From: Cellvibrionales bacterium UBA7375
GTDB taxonomy: Bacteria; Pseudomonadota; Gammaproteobacteria; Pseudomonadales; Porticoccaceae
Length of the DNA stretch: 41,955 nucleotides
Assembly: GCA_002469845.1 (NCBI GenBank)
Contig: DKNZ01000043.1
Span: 6,262 to 48,216, forward strand
Direction: 5' to 3'
Within the stretch, counting starts at the first letter, position 1, and each line of letters begins with the position of its first letter. This document shows, piece after piece, positions 1-8,366 of this stretch. Position numbers and translations under genes: made by a program. The notes below the pieces were generated by a model that made no database searches, was not told where the DNA came from, and saw only the letters and a program-made list of their open reading frames with translations.

Positions 1-21
1 GGTTTTTTTTGCTTTGATTAT

Positions 22-1251
22 TTAATCTTCAAGGATATCGAAAGTCATTCCTGCAGACGCAACCAATCGTATAATTAGTTTGTCATTCATCGCAGTGGCG
101 GGAGTCCAAAAGCCACCCGATAACTCTGTTTTACCGATATCAAAAGCCATACAAAGCCCTGCTTGAGTCAGCATCTTAGCTGTGCAGCCATAGCCTGGGT
201 CTTTATCTCCGGTGACTTTGATAGTCAATGACTGCTGGTTGTTTTTGCCGATAATTCGAAGATCAAAAAAACCATTTTCTTGTTGCTTAGGACTGGGCCC
301 CTGACCTGGTTTTGGCAGAAGAAATTTTTGTATTAAGAAACGTAATAGCTTATTTTTTGCAGCTAGGCCAAAACCACCGAGACCAAGTGTAATACCCCAA
401 GCACGAAAATAGCCTTGTCTACCTTTTCCAGTTAAAACAGCTTCACCATAGGTAAAATCTTCACAGTCATCATGTTGTTGCAGGCTATTCGATCTTAAAA
501 CTACACGACTATTAATGGTCTCCATGATGAACGGCGCAGACCAAGCATTAAAATCCTTATCAAAGGTTGGCTTTAATATACGGGGCTGTTTAACCCTCGA
601 TGTCTGCGACTGGCAAAGCAAGTAAGGATTACCCATTTTACGTCGCAAAGCGGGATCTTTTTTGACGGCTTTGGCCATTTCAATTCCACTGGCTACCGTG
701 CCGCCAGATACGCCACCTTTCATTGCTTTAACTCGCAATTTTACGTCCTTACAAACAGTGCCGAATTGTCGCTGACTTGCTTGTTGTAAAAAGTACACGC
801 CAAGATCAGAAGGAATAGAATCAAATCCACAGCAATTAATAATTCGTGCGCCGGTTTTTTTGGCTCTCAATTGGTATTTATCGAGCATTTTTTTTATCCA
901 ATACGCCTCACCCGTAAGATCGCAGTAATCATTGCCATTATGAACACAGGCCTCAACCAGCGATTCACCATAAAGGGCATAGGGTCCAACTGTAGATAGG
1001 ATAACCCGACCTTGCTGACACATTTTGGTAAGACTAGCAGAATCAGCGCTATCGGCGACTATGATAGGTATATTCTCAGCTTCAGGCCCCAGCTGATTTT
1101 TTAATTGTTTTATTTTACCCAAAGAGCGACCCGCGATAGCCCATGTAACGCCTTTGCCTATCCCCACTTCATTTAGAAGGTATTGGGTAGTAATTTTTCC
1201 TACAAAACTGGTAGCACCGAACAAAATTATGTCGAGAGTTTTACTGTCCAT
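22..1251 (-). CDS. Saccharopine dehydrogenase-like NAD(P)-binding oxidoreductase (trans-acting enoyl reductase family)
   Basis: N-terminal Rossmann motif IILFGATSFVG, then AIAGRS, TVGPYALYGE, YCDLTGE, CGFDSIPSDLG and GDKDPGY, all typical of this family. Confidence 0.85.
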   Translation of the reverse strand: MDSKTLDIILFGATSFVGKITTQYLLNEVGIGKGVTWAIAGRSLGKIKQLKNQLGPEAENIPIIVADSADSASLTKMCQQGRVILSTVGPYALYGESLVEACVHNGNDYCDLTGEAYWIKKMLDKYQLRAKKTGARIINCCGFDSIPSDLGVYFLQQASQRQFGTVCKDVKLRVKAMKGGVSGGTVASGIEMAKAVKKDPALRRKMGNPYLLCQSQTSRVKQPRILKPTFDKDFNAWSAPFIMETINSRVVLRSNSLQQHDDCEDFTYGEAVLTGKGRQGYFRAWGITLGLGGFGLAAKNKLLRFLIQKFLLPKPGQGPSPKQQENGFFDLRIIGKNNQQSLTIKVTGDKDPGYGCTAKMLTQAGLCMAFDIGKTELSGGFWTPATAMNDKLIIRLVASAGMTFDILED

Positions 1252-1321
1252 TGTTAAAATCCTTGTGGTGAGTGCAATGGTATTATTATTGTTTTAACCC
1301 AATCAAAAATGGATTCATTAG

Positions 1322-1939
1322 ATGTTACCCATTCTATATTCTTTTAGACGCTGCCCCTATGCTATTAGAGCTCGTATGGCTATTACCTATGCCAGTATAA
1401 ACCTAGAGTTGCGAGAAGTCTCATTGGCCAATAAGCCTATTGAAATGTTGGCCCTATCGTCAAAGGGAACAGTCCCTGTATTACAGTTAAAGGATCGGGT
1501 GATTGATGAAAGTCTTGAAATTATGAACTGGGCATTAGAGCAGTCAGATCCAGAAAATTGGTTATCCTTAGATAGCCATAGTGAACAATTAAGTCTTATT
1601 GAAGAAAATGACAATGAATTTAAAGGGTGGCTAGATAAGTATAAATATTGGGATCGTTTCCCACAGCAAAATCAACACGATTACCGCAGTAATGCCGAAA
1701 TATTTATAGCAAAACTTGAACGATGTTTAAAAACAAATAGCTATTTATTGGGAAGCAAGCTGTGTCTAGCAGATATAGCTATTTTCCCATTTATTAGGCA
1801 ATTTGCTTTTGTTGACAAACCTTGGTTTGATCAATCTGACTATCCGTCGGTTCAGCTTTGGTTAAATCAACTTTTACAATTAGATTTGTTCGGTCAAGTG
1901 ATGGAGAAGCAGGCCCTTTGGCAGCAGTCTGATAACTAG
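1322..1939 (+). CDS. Glutathione S-transferase family protein
   Basis: LYSFRRCPYAIRAR thioredoxin-like N-terminus, KGTVPVL, DESLEIM and the C-terminal LADIAIFPFIRQF motif. Confidence 0.88.
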   Translation: MLPILYSFRRCPYAIRARMAITYASINLELREVSLANKPIEMLALSSKGTVPVLQLKDRVIDESLEIMNWALEQSDPENWLSLDSHSEQLSLIEENDNEFKGWLDKYKYWDRFPQQNQHDYRSNAEIFIAKLERCLKTNSYLLGSKLCLADIAIFPFIRQFAFVDKPWFDQSDYPSVQLWLNQLLQLDLFGQVMEKQALWQQSDN

Positions 1940-2037
1940 AATCAGTAGTTTTTTTAACCGCGGCTTAAGCCTTTAGGCTAAGATAGCTAAATTATTTGAT
2001 AAAGATATAAATAACCGCAATTGCTTTGGATTTTAGT

Positions 2038-3882
2038 ATGTTTGGTTTTTTTGAACGCTTGGTAAACCCTTTTCCAGAAGAAACACCTCAGCAGCCGCCA
2101 AAGGGCATCTATCAATTCTGCCGATATTTCACCAAAGGTTTAGAGCCATGGTTGATAACTATGGCAATACTAACCGCATTGGTAGCTATTGCTGAAGCCT
2201 CATTATTTGGGATTTTAGGTAAGGTGGTAGATTTATTGGTTGCCAGTGATCCCGAGAGTTTTATCGAAGACTCGTGGACCTCAATTATTGTAATGTCAGT
2301 TTTTATACTGATAGTTATTCCTATTTTGGCTAGCCTACACTCACTAGTTGTCCATCAGACCCTAATGGGTAATTTTCCAATGGCTGTTCGATGGATGGCT
2401 CATCGTTATCTACTCAATCAAAGCTTTGGGTTTTTTCAAAATGAATTTAGTGGTCGCATTGCCACTAAGGTAATGCAGACAGCATTGGCGGTACGTGAAT
2501 CAGTCATGAAGTTATTAGACGTTATTCTGTTTGTGACGGTCTATGTTATTACTATGCTGATTTTGGTCGCTAGCGCCGACTTAAGGTTGTGTCTTCCACT
2601 ATTAGTTTGGTTAGTACTTTATATTGGATTGCAGTTAATTTTTGTTCCAAGATTAAAAAATATTTCACAGATACAGGCCAACTCAAGATCGACCATGACC
2701 GGACGTATTGTCGATAGTTATACCAATATAGTGACTTTGAAACTGTTTTCTTATTCAAGCAGAGAGTCGCAATATGTTAAAGAGGGTATGACTGAATTCC
2801 TAAATACAGTGCATCCCCAGATGCGTTTGGTCACAGGCCTCAATATCTGTTTATGGATTATAAATATGTTGCTGGTATTCAGCACATTAGTACTTGGGAT
2901 TTATTTGTGGATTTATGAATCCATGACGCCGGGTGCAATAGCTGTTGTGATTAGTTTGGCGCTAAGACTTTCAGGGATGTCCCATTGGATTGTTTGGGAA
3001 ATAGGTAATTTGTTTGAAAATTTAGGTACTGTGCAGGACGGCATTAATACCTTATCTGTGCCTCAGGTGGTATTAGACGAAAAAAATGCTCATAAATTAA
3101 ATGTTAGTGCCGGCAATATTAAGTTTCAAAATGTAAATTTTAGCTATATTGATAATGAGAAGATAATTACGAATCCTGTTTTTGATTCTTTATTTCTTGA
3201 GGTAAGTGCTGGTGAGCGGATTGGCATTGTAGGCCGAAGTGGCGCAGGAAAATCTACTCTAATTAATTTACTGTTACGTTTTTATGATATTCAGAAAGGC
3301 GTTATATCTATTGATGATCAGGATATTAAAACTGTTCAGCAAGAAAGTTTACGAGAAAATATAGCTGTGGTGACTCAGGATACATCACTACTTCATCGCT
3401 CGGTTCGAGAAAATATTTTATTTGGTCGCCCTAATGCCAGCGAACAAGAAATGATTGAAGCGGCAAAAAAAGCCGAGGCCCATGAGTTTATTTTAAAACT
3501 ACAAGATGTGGCTGGAAGAACGGGTTATGACGCCCATGTTGGTGAGCGTGGGGTTTCGTTATCGGGCGGACAGCGGCAGCGAATTGCTATCGCCAGAGTC
3601 ATTTTAAAAGATGCTCCTATTTTAATTATGGATGAAGCCACCTCAGCTTTAGATTCTGAAATCGAGTCAGCCATTCAGAAAAGTCTGTATCAGCTAATGC
3701 AGGGAAAAACCGTTATCGCGATTGCTCACCGATTATCCACAATAGCAGCAATGGATAAGTTAATAGTGTTTGATGAGGGTGAAATCATAGAGCAGGGGAC
3801 ACATAAGCAGTTAATGGAATCACAGGGTGTATATGCTAAATTATGGCATCATCAGTCGGGGGGATTTTTAGGTATTGAGTAG
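2038..3882 (+). CDS. ABC exporter, fused permease/ATPase (MdlB/MsbA-like)
   Basis: N-terminal transmembrane region; Walker A GRSGAGKST, signature LSGGQ, Walker B ILIMDE, H-loop AHRLST. Start placed at ATG 2038 (GGA at 2028-2030) rather than the TTG at 2026. Confidence 0.9.
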   Translation: MFGFFERLVNPFPEETPQQPPKGIYQFCRYFTKGLEPWLITMAILTALVAIAEASLFGILGKVVDLLVASDPESFIEDSWTSIIVMSVFILIVIPILASLHSLVVHQTLMGNFPMAVRWMAHRYLLNQSFGFFQNEFSGRIATKVMQTALAVRESVMKLLDVILFVTVYVITMLILVASADLRLCLPLLVWLVLYIGLQLIFVPRLKNISQIQANSRSTMTGRIVDSYTNIVTLKLFSYSSRESQYVKEGMTEFLNTVHPQMRLVTGLNICLWIINMLLVFSTLVLGIYLWIYESMTPGAIAVVISLALRLSGMSHWIVWEIGNLFENLGTVQDGINTLSVPQVVLDEKNAHKLNVSAGNIKFQNVNFSYIDNEKIITNPVFDSLFLEVSAGERIGIVGRSGAGKSTLINLLLRFYDIQKGVISIDDQDIKTVQQESLRENIAVVTQDTSLLHRSVRENILFGRPNASEQEMIEAAKKAEAHEFILKLQDVAGRTGYDAHVGERGVSLSGGQRQRIAIARVILKDAPILIMDEATSALDSEIESAIQKSLYQLMQGKTVIAIAHRLSTIAAMDKLIVFDEGEIIEQGTHKQLMESQGVYAKLWHHQSGGFLGIE

Positions 3883-4003
3883 GATTATGCAGTTAGATAA
3901 TGACTGTGAAATATCTTTATTTTAAAACAGTAAAAACTTTACTGGAGCTATGCTGTTCGGCTTGTTAGGATTAGATAATTACTAACAAAAATAAAATAGT
4001 GCA

Positions 4004-4516
4004 ATGAAAGATTTTTTTAAATCACTCAATAATTTTATTAGTTCGTATTTTGGCTCGCTAATGTTCCGAGCGAGACTTTTGCCTCAGCCTCAAAAAACAC
4101 AGATAAAACCATCCATGCCGGTGAAAATCACTGCAGAATCAGTCTTAATGTCAGATGTAATAATAGAAGGACATTTACACTGTGATGAAAACCTAATGAT
4201 TGATGGTCATTTCAAAGGCAGTATTAGTGCACAAAATAATATTGTTGAAGTGGGACCTAACGGTCGAGTTTTTGCGAATATTAGCGCCAATAAAGTAATA
4301 ATAGCGGGTGCAGTTAAGGGGGATATTTCAGCTGAAAACAGAGTAATACTGGCTGAAACTGGGAGACTTAACGGAAATATTAAGGCAGCTGGGGTTGATT
4401 TAGAGAACGGTGCTAAATTCAAAGGTATTATAGAAATGGATCCACAACAAGCCCAAGTAATTGAAGTGCAAACTCAGGTCAGACCTGAAATTGAGTCTTT
4501 GGTAGAGCCAACATAG
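4004..4516 (+). CDS. Bactofilin (polymer-forming cytoskeletal protein, CcmA family)
   Basis: Beta-helix repeat pattern IIEGHLHCDENLMIDGHFKGSI...VGPNGRVFANISANKVIIAGAVKGDISA...GAKFKGIIEM. Start uncertain (ATG 4004, 4061 or 4115). Confidence 0.88.
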   Translation: MKDFFKSLNNFISSYFGSLMFRARLLPQPQKTQIKPSMPVKITAESVLMSDVIIEGHLHCDENLMIDGHFKGSISAQNNIVEVGPNGRVFANISANKVIIAGAVKGDISAENRVILAETGRLNGNIKAAGVDLENGAKFKGIIEMDPQQAQVIEVQTQVRPEIESLVEPT

Positions 4517-4554
4517 ATGCCGTTTATACCGACCTATAGAAGAGCTAATAGCTA

Positions 4555-5160
4555 ATGCCTGAAACAGATCAGCTGAAACCAGAGACAAATATTCTATCCT
4601 CATCACTGCTTGTTGGTCTATTCAACCAAATTACTGATGATAAAACGCTAGTAGTTTTGGATATGGGATTGGCCAGCGCTGCTTCGGTTAATTTTTTTGG
4701 TCAAACTAAATGCAGATTACAATTTACCGGTTTGATAGAACCAGAAATAGAAAAATATAATGACCAAGAGCTGACCCATGATGAGCGCGTGGCATTATTT
4801 AAACAAGAGTTGAAACCCCAAGCAGATACCAAAATTGATATTGTCTTATTTTGGGATATATTTTTTTACCTTAGCGCCCCTGCAATAACTGCTCTGCTAG
4901 AAGCCCTGACGCCTAACCTTCATGCCAGAACCAAAGCGCATAGTATAGGGTTACTTAATGCGCGCCAGAAAATGCTATATTCTGAATATGGTGTTAATGC
5001 AATTGATCAGCTTTGGCAGCAACCGATTAGTTCAAATCAGCCTAGGATTTACCCCCATTCTCGACATGATTTTGGCAGATTACTGAGTTATTTTACTATT
5101 GATAGAAGCTGTCTTTTGTCGGGTAACAGAGTTGAAAATTTATTAATAATCAATGCCTAA
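4555..5160 (+). CDS. Hypothetical protein with a degenerate class I SAM-methyltransferase-like fold
   Basis: VVLDMG resembles motif I but lacks the GxGxG loop; IDIVLFWDIFFYL resembles the FDxV...LxYL region. Lies 38 bp downstream of the bactofilin gene. Confidence 0.55.
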   Translation: MPETDQLKPETNILSSSLLVGLFNQITDDKTLVVLDMGLASAASVNFFGQTKCRLQFTGLIEPEIEKYNDQELTHDERVALFKQELKPQADTKIDIVLFWDIFFYLSAPAITALLEALTPNLHARTKAHSIGLLNARQKMLYSEYGVNAIDQLWQQPISSNQPRIYPHSRHDFGRLLSYFTIDRSCLLSGNRVENLLIINA

Positions 5161-5227
5161 GGCGATTGATTTCAAAGCGGATATTGTCACACATAGTAAT
5201 ACCATCAATTAAATACGGAGGTAGGGC

Positions 5228-5944
5228 ATGAAACAGGGAATAATAATAGGAGCAAGTTCAGGAATTGGTTGGGAATTGGCAGTTCAGCTAGCCGCAAAAG
5301 GCTATCAGTTAGGCCTTGTCGCCAGACGACTTGAAAAACTAGAGCAGCTATCTAACAGCCTTACTGGGGATCACTTCGTTGTCCGGTCAGATGTCACTGA
5401 TGTACAGCAGGCACAAGACGCACTCAATGAGCTTATAAAGCAAATGGGAAATGTTGAGTTGATTATTCTTAACTCAGGGGTGGGCCAGATGGAAAAAAAG
5501 CTCGATTGGCCGACTCAGCGTGAAATGATAGATGTTAATATTCGCGGCTTTGCCGCCCTCACCCTAGTTTCTATGGATTACTTTATGGCGCGGGGTAGCG
5601 GCCATTTGGTGGGAATTTCTTCAGTATCCGCGCATATGTCGAGTGGTTTGGCGCCAACCTATGTTGCCACTAAAGCTTTTGTATCCAGCTATCTCAATGG
5701 TATACGCTCAAGGGCAGAATATTCAAGATTACCGATTACGATTACTACGGTGGAACCGGGATTTGTTGACACCCCCATGGTTCAGGGTAATCCTATGTGG
5801 ACTGCACCGGTTAAAAAAGCAGTGACACAATTAGTATCGGCAATGCTTAAAAAGAAGGGACATATTTATGTGACTAAGCGCTGGCGGCTTGTTGCTTGGA
5901 TTCTTAATTTAACGCCAAAGTGGCTTATGCGTCGGTTTTTTTAA
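5228..5944 (+). CDS. Short-chain dehydrogenase/reductase (SDR)
   Basis: IIGASSGIG, LNSG, catalytic YVATK (YxxxK) and PGFVDT; strong SD GGAGG upstream. Confidence 0.9.
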   Translation: MKQGIIIGASSGIGWELAVQLAAKGYQLGLVARRLEKLEQLSNSLTGDHFVVRSDVTDVQQAQDALNELIKQMGNVELIILNSGVGQMEKKLDWPTQREMIDVNIRGFAALTLVSMDYFMARGSGHLVGISSVSAHMSSGLAPTYVATKAFVSSYLNGIRSRAEYSRLPITITTVEPGFVDTPMVQGNPMWTAPVKKAVTQLVSAMLKKKGHIYVTKRWRLVAWILNLTPKWLMRRFF

Positions 5945-6932
5945 CCGCATTCCGAATTTTTTTTGCGGCACACCAACCCGATAGTACTGCGCCCTCAAAT
6001 CTTGGTCCAGCAAAGGCATCACCTGCAACAACCATGGGCGGCATGTCTAGGCCATCACTGACCAAAAGACTGGCATCATTGTCGGTAATTGTGGGCTTAC
6101 TATATAGCCAACCATGTACCTGAAAGTCTAGTACATTGGCATTGCCAAATAGCGGTCTGGCCAGTTTGATAAGCTCTTTACCGACCTCTTTTCGATCACC
6201 ATTAAAATGAGCTTTACTAAATTCACCGCTAGCATGAATGGTAATTGCGGGTATAGGAGATACGCCTTTTTTATGATTATCACTGATCCATGCAATAGGC
6301 CCCTGATCAAGTGCTATGGCACCGGGATCTGCAAGGTTAGTCGTTCCATCAAGAACAGCCATAACGGCAATACAGCTTTCGTATTGAATCTTTTGAAGGC
6401 GCTCAGTGATAGATGAAGAAAGATGTATATCAGCCTGTTCAAGAAGATCTAAAGTTTGTGGAACGGGACTAGTAATAACAATTGATCGCGCAATAATAGA
6501 TTCTTCAGACTCTAATTTTACTGTCCAGTAGTGCCTATCATGGCTTAGGGATTCTGCGCGGTTGGACTGCATGATGATTTGATTTTTAGCTAGATGCTTT
6601 GCAATAGAAGCCATATTCGGCTTGCCTCGATATCTGGGGTGGCCATTGGGTTGTCCTGGGTAACTTTGATACCACTGCGCAGCCACGCCTGATTGTACCC
6701 ACTGTGCAACACAGTCTATAAACCTGTTTGATCGAGCGGTAAAAAATTGCGCACCATGGTCAAAAACTGCCTCGCCAATTCGTCTAACCGCAAGCCTGCC
6801 TCCGACTCCTCGTCCCTTATCGACAATAATAACCTTGGCGCCAGCATCAGAAAGATCATTGGCAGCGCTAAGACCAGCCAAGCCTGAGCCTATAATAAGA
6901 GTATCGACAATAGATGATTTAGATTTAGACAT
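5925..6932 (-). CDS. Renalase-like FAD-dependent oxidoreductase
   Basis: IIGSGLAG, DKGRGVGGRLAVRR, FDHGAQFFTAR and the C-terminal AGDAFAGPRFEGAVLSG. Confidence 0.85.
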   Translation of the reverse strand: MSKSKSSIVDTLIIGSGLAGLSAANDLSDAGAKVIIVDKGRGVGGRLAVRRIGEAVFDHGAQFFTARSNRFIDCVAQWVQSGVAAQWYQSYPGQPNGHPRYRGKPNMASIAKHLAKNQIIMQSNRAESLSHDRHYWTVKLESEESIIARSIVITSPVPQTLDLLEQADIHLSSSITERLQKIQYESCIAVMAVLDGTTNLADPGAIALDQGPIAWISDNHKKGVSPIPAITIHASGEFSKAHFNGDRKEVGKELIKLARPLFGNANVLDFQVHGWLYSKPTITDNDASLLVSDGLDMPPMVVAGDAFAGPRFEGAVLSGWCAAKKIRNAVKKTDA

Positions 6933-6934
6933 TA

Positions 6935-7087
6935 TTAGGAGTTACTCAAATTTTGCGGAGTGAGTCGGCATCGTTCAGAACAGTATTTAACTTGCGCCCA
7001 GGTTTTCTCCCATTTTTTGCGCCAGGAAAAGGGTCGCTCGCAGACAGGGCAAGTTTTTTCAGGTAAATTTACCTTTTTATGAGCCAT
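6935..7087 (-). CDS. DUF2256-family small protein with four cysteines (50 aa; absent from the ORF track)
   Basis: Translated by hand: [50 protein letters not shown]. The pattern CxxCxRPFxWRKKW...YCSxRC is characteristic of DUF2256, and the ORF fills the gap between DoxX and the renalase-like gene. Confidence 0.9.
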   Translation of the reverse strand: MAHKKVNLPEKTCPVCERPFSWRKKWEKTWAQVKYCSERCRLTPQNLSNS

Positions 7088-7102
7088 AGTAATCAAGTAG
7101 GA

Positions 7103-7477
7103 TTATTTATTATCCATGCTCCAAATTCCAGAGCCTTTACAGGCTATAAAAAGGAAAATAAAGCAATACAGCGCAGCGACTTCACCACCATTGACTATTG
7201 GATAGAAAGATTGAGTGCCGTGATATAACCAATAGGCCACAGCCATGGTGCCACTACAAAGAAAGGCAGCCCCTCTTGTAGTTAGGCCCAAGATAATCAG
7301 AACGCCACCAATTAATTCAATAGAACCTGCAGCTATTGTAAGGAAGCCCAACTCGCCATAGGGATACTGTTGCGGGAAATTAAAAAATTTCTGAGTACCG
7401 TGAAGAAGAAACATAAAGCCAGTAGTAATTCGAAGAAGTGCATAAGCCTGTTCTTGGTAGTTTTCTAGAAATTTCAT
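7103..7477 (-). CDS. DoxX family membrane protein
   Basis: LLRITTGFMFLLHGTQKFF, ELIGGVLIILGLTTR, NGGE and GSGIWSMD. Start moved to ATG 7477 (SD AGGGA), giving 124 aa and removing the overlap with the upstream gene. Confidence 0.88.
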   Translation of the reverse strand: MKFLENYQEQAYALLRITTGFMFLLHGTQKFFNFPQQYPYGELGFLTIAAGSIELIGGVLIILGLTTRGAAFLCSGTMAVAYWLYHGTQSFYPIVNGGEVAALYCFIFLFIACKGSGIWSMDNK

Positions 7478-7512
7478 AGTTGTGTCCCTATTTAAAGTTG
7501 AGTTTACGTTAA

Positions 7513-8043
7513 CTAGACTGACTTTGGTTTGTCGATAAAATCCTGCCACGTTTTGTTGGGTTGCCAGATTTTTTTTAGGTCAGCTTCTGCATCAATAAGA
7601 TTCTCGCCTAAGATAGCGGTTCTATATTTAAAAATAAAGCAGGAGACACGCATATTAGCGGCACAGTGGACCCAAATTTTCTGACTGTCTTGATTTTGCA
7701 TATGCAATACAAATTGTTCAAAGTCAGCTTCGGTTGGATGGCTAAAATCAACCGGAATATTAATATAGTCCATGCCCAAATCAGCTACTAGATCCGCTTC
7801 ATTGGCCAGTGAATTTTCTGCGATCGGGGGTGCTAGGTTAATTATTTTTTTATAGCCATTTGACTGAATAGCGTCCAGCTGCTGTCTTGTGGGTTGGCCA
7901 GAAGTGGTTATATTGGAACTAATGTGTAAATAATTAAAAATTGATGTTAGGTTATTTTTTTTAAAGCTAACCCCAGTGATTTTTTCTATAAGAGATAGGC
8001 CATAGCCGAGAACGGTTTTTAATGTTCTCGAATTTAATATCAT
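7513..8043 (-). CDS. Protein-tyrosine-phosphatase-fold protein (DUF442/Blh-like phosphatase or sulfur transferase)
   Basis: TSGQPT, IINL, YINIPVD and a CX5R active loop WVHCAANMRVS. Confidence 0.75.
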   Translation of the reverse strand: MILNSRTLKTVLGYGLSLIEKITGVSFKKNNLTSIFNYLHISSNITTSGQPTRQQLDAIQSNGYKKIINLAPPIAENSLANEADLVADLGMDYINIPVDFSHPTEADFEQFVLHMQNQDSQKIWVHCAANMRVSCFIFKYRTAILGENLIDAEADLKKIWQPNKTWQDFIDKPKSV

Positions 8044-8339
8044 GCACTGGCGCCAGCTTTTATTAGTGCCTTTGCATAGTCAACACCCTGTTGGTGCTGA
8101 TTCATAATCTGCACCATATTTACGCCGTCGGGATTTGTAGCATTAAGATCGTAGCCTGCCTGTTTAAAAAATTCGACAAAGCTAACAAAGTTATCAATAT
8201 TCATACCGCGATAAGCCTTTTCAAGTAGATGAAAATCATGGCTGACACCCTCTGGCGGAAGATAATCTAGAAAGCTCTTGACGCGCTCATCATCGAAGAC
8301 TTCGCCGAGCACCTTTTGTTTATCTTTTTTTAATGACAT
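8040..8339 (-). CDS. PA4642-family conserved small protein
   Basis: KKDKQKVLGEVFDDERVKSFL...DFHLLEKAYRGM...FVEFF...DLNATNPDG matches the family as I recall it; ATGA overlap with the next gene. Confidence 0.75.
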   Translation of the reverse strand: MSLKKDKQKVLGEVFDDERVKSFLDYLPPEGVSHDFHLLEKAYRGMNIDNFVSFVEFFKQAGYDLNATNPDGVNMVQIMNQHQQGVDYAKALIKAGASA

Positions 8340-8366
8340 GCTTTTCCTTACTATTTTGAAAATGCT

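Noticed and set aside
1-21. T9 run at the window start, a possible terminator tail
   Set aside because: Any hairpin would lie outside the window, so it cannot be supported.
1950-1990. Short palindromes after the GST gene (CCGCGG; AGCCT-TT-AGGCT)
   Set aside because: Stems are too short and the T-run precedes rather than follows them; not a credible terminator.
6935-7100. Apparent 170-bp gap with GC-rich patches, first considered as an ncRNA (SRP-like)
   Set aside because: Fully explained by the DUF2256 reading frame on the minus strand; no convincing SRP stem.
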